The position numbers and the translations under genes are program-made. The notes beneath the pieces are model-generated. The model saw nothing but the letters and a program-made list of their open reading frames with translations, made no database searches and was not told the DNA's origin. This document shows positions 60,605-64,000 of a stretch of 64,000 bases of DNA, piece by piece; position 1 is the stretch's first letter, and every line of letters starts with the position of its first letter. The DNA comes from Ranitomeya imitator (Eukaryota), in assembly GCF_032444005.1 (NCBI RefSeq), contig NC_091286.1:216752001-216816000 (forward strand), read 5' to 3'.

Positions 60605-61004
60605 GGCTATGTGCACACGTCAGGTTTTTTCCTGACAAAATCCGGAGAATTCTGGCAGAAAATCGCGTTTTTTTCCGCGCGGATTTTTCGCGTTTTTTTC
60701 GCGGTTTTTTGCACGTTTTTTGCGCGGATTTTTTGCAGATTTTCTGCGGATTTTTTTTTTTTTTCCTGAAAGTCATTTTGGCTTAGAAATCCGCAAAAAA
60801 TCCGCAAAAAGAATGAGCATGTCCATTTTTTTTGCGGAATGCGTTTTTTTTGCGGAAAAAAACGCATCCATCTGAACAAAAAATCCGGAATGCATTCTAA
60901 ATGATAGGATGCATATTTTTAGCGTTTTTGATGCGGAATTATAGCGTTTTTATAGCGAAATTCCACAAAAAAAACGCTAAAAATCCGGACGTGTGCACAT
61001 ACCC
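60605..61004. mobile_element. PIF/Harbinger MITE (GGCTATGTGCACAC family)
   Basis: TAA TSDs; TIRs. Confidence 0.9.
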
Positions 61005-61983
61005 TAAAGGTGAAACAGAAAAAGTTTCTTGTAAATAACTGAATGCTAATAAGAAATTGTCTCATTTCGCTGTATGACCAGTAGATTAATCAGCTTCCTG
61101 GAAGTAATATGTTTCCTGCATGGAATCAATTTCACCATTTTGCTAATTTTGTAAATGTTGACTTCAGTCTACAAATGATACAGACGAGAACAATGAAAAT
61201 ATTACTGGCAGTCATAAATATATCATATATTGTGCTGCAATTTGGTATGTTTGCCTTTGTTAAATATCGCACAAAGTTCACAAATTCTCAACTGGAGAGA
61301 AATCACGGACTTCAGCAGATATTGTCAAGATGGATCAAGAGGAAAATTTAGTTACGTTACTATTTTTTAAAGGGATAAACTGTTTCCACGTAATGGAGCT
61401 GTATTTTCAAATTTAGAGGCATTTTCATAGCATCGCTTCCATCACACACATATTTTGGGATAACGGGTGGATAGTGATGTAAGATGTGAGTGGGGGGGAG
61501 TTGAAGATAGAATAATATATGTTACTCAATACAAAGATAAGCTTGAAATACTTCATGGGCTTTAGAAAGGCCCTCACAGTCCTAGGAGTCGAATAATTAT
61601 TCAGGAGGTTCCTGGCTGTCCTCTCGAAATTAAGGGATGGTCAAATCACCGCCAGCTTAATCAGGGAAATCTGGACATTGTGCATGATGGACACCATCAG
61701 AGCTTGTCAATCTGTAGTCACACAGAGATTACCTTAAGGCCAGCAGAAGTTTAACTCTAGGCCAGAAACTCCCTTTAAAGATGCAAGACTGCCAAAGAAT
61801 AATTCTGGACTAGAAGCAATATGCAAGGAGGAGCAGAAAAAGTTACCTAACATAAGCATGGTTGGAATGCTCGGACACAACACACGGGGTCAAGGGTTTA
61901 AAAAAATATTAGCCTCTCATGCAAAAAGTTTATATTAGGGTTTGACAATATGCAGCTTGTGATGGCTCCTGTTTGGCTACCAG

Positions 61984-64000
61984 TAGAGTTGAGCGACCTT
62001 GACCTTTTTAGAGTCGAGCCGGGTTTTGCGAAACCCGACTATGTCCAAAGTCGGGTCGAGTGAAATCGGCCGATTATGACGTAAAGTCGGGATCGACCGA
62101 AACACGAAACCCAATGCAAGTCAATGGGGCAGCATAGTCGGCAGTGAGTGGGGGCCAGGAAAACACCTAGAGTGCCCATTTTAATGTCAAAACCATCCAT
62201 TCTTCTTAATGAAGCTTGTCAAGCGTAATTTACCTTATAATAATTGGAAGGCATTTGAAATTGGGGGTCATTTGGCTAAAGTTGTGGGGGGTAGGGCTGG
62301 TTCAAGTAATTAGTGGGCCCAGGAAATCTGGACCACGTCACGGCAGTGGAGCAGGGAGAGGTAAGTATTTCAACTTTGCAAGTGCTGTGAACCTGAGCAA
62401 GCAGGGGGGGCCCACTCGTTGGCATTGGCACTGGCACAGGGCCCCTCAAAGTACAGCGGTGTGTTTGCACGGCGGGGGCGCCTCCCACCGGCAGCAACAC
62501 TTTTGCGTACTATGAGAGGCCCTGTGCCAGTGACGTCGCCAACTAGTATTCCTCCCCCCACCTGATGAAGGAACCTGCACTTTCATCTGCACCTTCCTCT
62601 TTGTCCCCGTGTAAGGTGGTATGGTATGCGGGAAGAGCAACCTGACTTTCAGCAGGGTCACAATGTTGTTGTGTAGCGTGCACGGGGAATGTTGCGTTAT
62701 GGGTCAATGTACCAGCAGACTCATCTATCACTGGCTGGGCAATGGGCACGATGAAGTGGAAACACAGATATAGGCCCAAAGAAGAAAGTGGGCTAAATGC
62801 AGTTCAAAATTGGTAACACAGGAATAACCAGGGGGCATTGCAGTGGAGGACAACTGGAATGAGAGGCTGACACAGAGAGTAGGGCCAAATCAGTAAGTAG
62901 TCGAAATGCAGTTCAAAATTGGCAACCGTAGTAAACAGGCGGCACAGCTTTGTTCAGTGGAGGAGAACAGCAAGGAGTGGCAGACACCGACTAGTAGGCC
63001 AAATGCAGTTTAACATTAACAACTACTTAACGAGAGGCTGAAAATGGAATTTCAGGACAGGAAACCAGGAGAACAGCAAGGAGCGGCAGACACCGATAGT
63101 AGGCCCCAAACCAACTAGTACGCCAAATGCAGTTGTTCCATTTAACCACAATTTAATGAGAGCCTGAAGATAGAAGCTCAGGAAAGGCAACCTGGTGAAA
63201 ACCTTGGAGTGTAACACAACCTGTCTCTACACCCCATACCAAATTTGTAGGCCTAATGCAGCGTAGTTTCCACCAACTACTAAACGAGAGCCGGAAGATC
63301 GAAGCTCATGAAAGGCAACCCGGGGAACACCTTGGAGTGTAACACAACCTCTCTCTACACCACGAAAGGGCTGATTCTTAGGAAGGAAGGCTGTTGACGC
63401 GCCATGCTTCTTGATTTGTAATTAATGTTTATTTGCAATGTGCTTTTGACTTACTCAATTATTTTTTTAATTATTGATTTTATTAAATTAATAGTTTAAC
63501 ATCTTATTGGAAATAATTTAAAGGAGACGCGACAGGACAACACTCGGTGGATGCCATATCTGTGTTAACAACTCCAAAAAACTTTCAGTTAACTTCTTGC
63601 AGGAGAAAGAAATTGTAGCTGTTGGACCTTTGTAGTACAGTTCCAGATATTTGTTGTGTGTTTGTTTTGATTGTTAAAATGTCTGCATTTGAGATCTCAA
63701 CACGATCTTATTTTTTATAATCAAATTAATTTTTTAAATATTTTATTAGGTTGGTTCAAGGGGTACACGGGCCGCAGTAGACAGGTCAGTGGAGGCCTAG
63801 TGGAAGGAGGGACCGCAGATGCGCCACTGTTTCACCCATACACAATTAGTAGGCCTAATGCAGCGTAGTTTCCAACAGCTACTAAACAAGAGCCGGAAGA
63901 TCGAAGCTCAGGAAAGGCAACCTGGGGAACACCTTGGAGTGTAACACAACCTCTCTCTACACCACGGAAGGGCTGATTCTTAGGAAGGAAGGCTGTTGTA
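61984..64000. mobile_element. hAT-like DNA transposon (left end; runs off the window) with internal tandem repeats
   Basis: TAGAGTTGAGCGA terminus with CG-rich subterminal repeats; ~120-130-bp repeated blocks at 62860-63390 and 63845-64000; no transposase ORF in the window. Confidence 0.6.

Overview
Vertebrate nuclear DNA, almost certainly anuran (inferred from the repeat families; the MITE landscape resembles poison-frog genomes). No host gene can be confidently identified; the window is intronic or intergenic and dominated by nested transposons. Four elements look intact and young: a full-length L1 (1248-6895, -), a Tc1 DD34E IR/DR transposon (8375-9986, +), a chromodomain Gypsy element with apparently identical 779-bp LTRs (16975-22735, -) and a second Tc1 resembling zebrafish ZB (24573-26178, -). 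Also present are a fold-back Penelope element (40810-44498), degenerate Tc1/TRT/L2 relics, solo LTRs, non-autonomous Helitrons, many PIF/Harbinger (TWA TSD) and TTAA-TSD MITEs, a hAT-like element at the right edge and several satellites. The main unexpected theme is hammerhead-ribozyme (HHR) motifs in three contexts: (i) a ~326-nt tandem unit resembling newt satellite 2 / retrozymes (7472-7842), (ii) the inverted arms of the Penelope element, and (iii) four tiny non-coding fold-back elements, three of them with 13-14-bp TSDs, which look like a PLE-mobilised ribozyme mini-element family. All calls come from reading the sequence by eye; no searches or folding programs were run.
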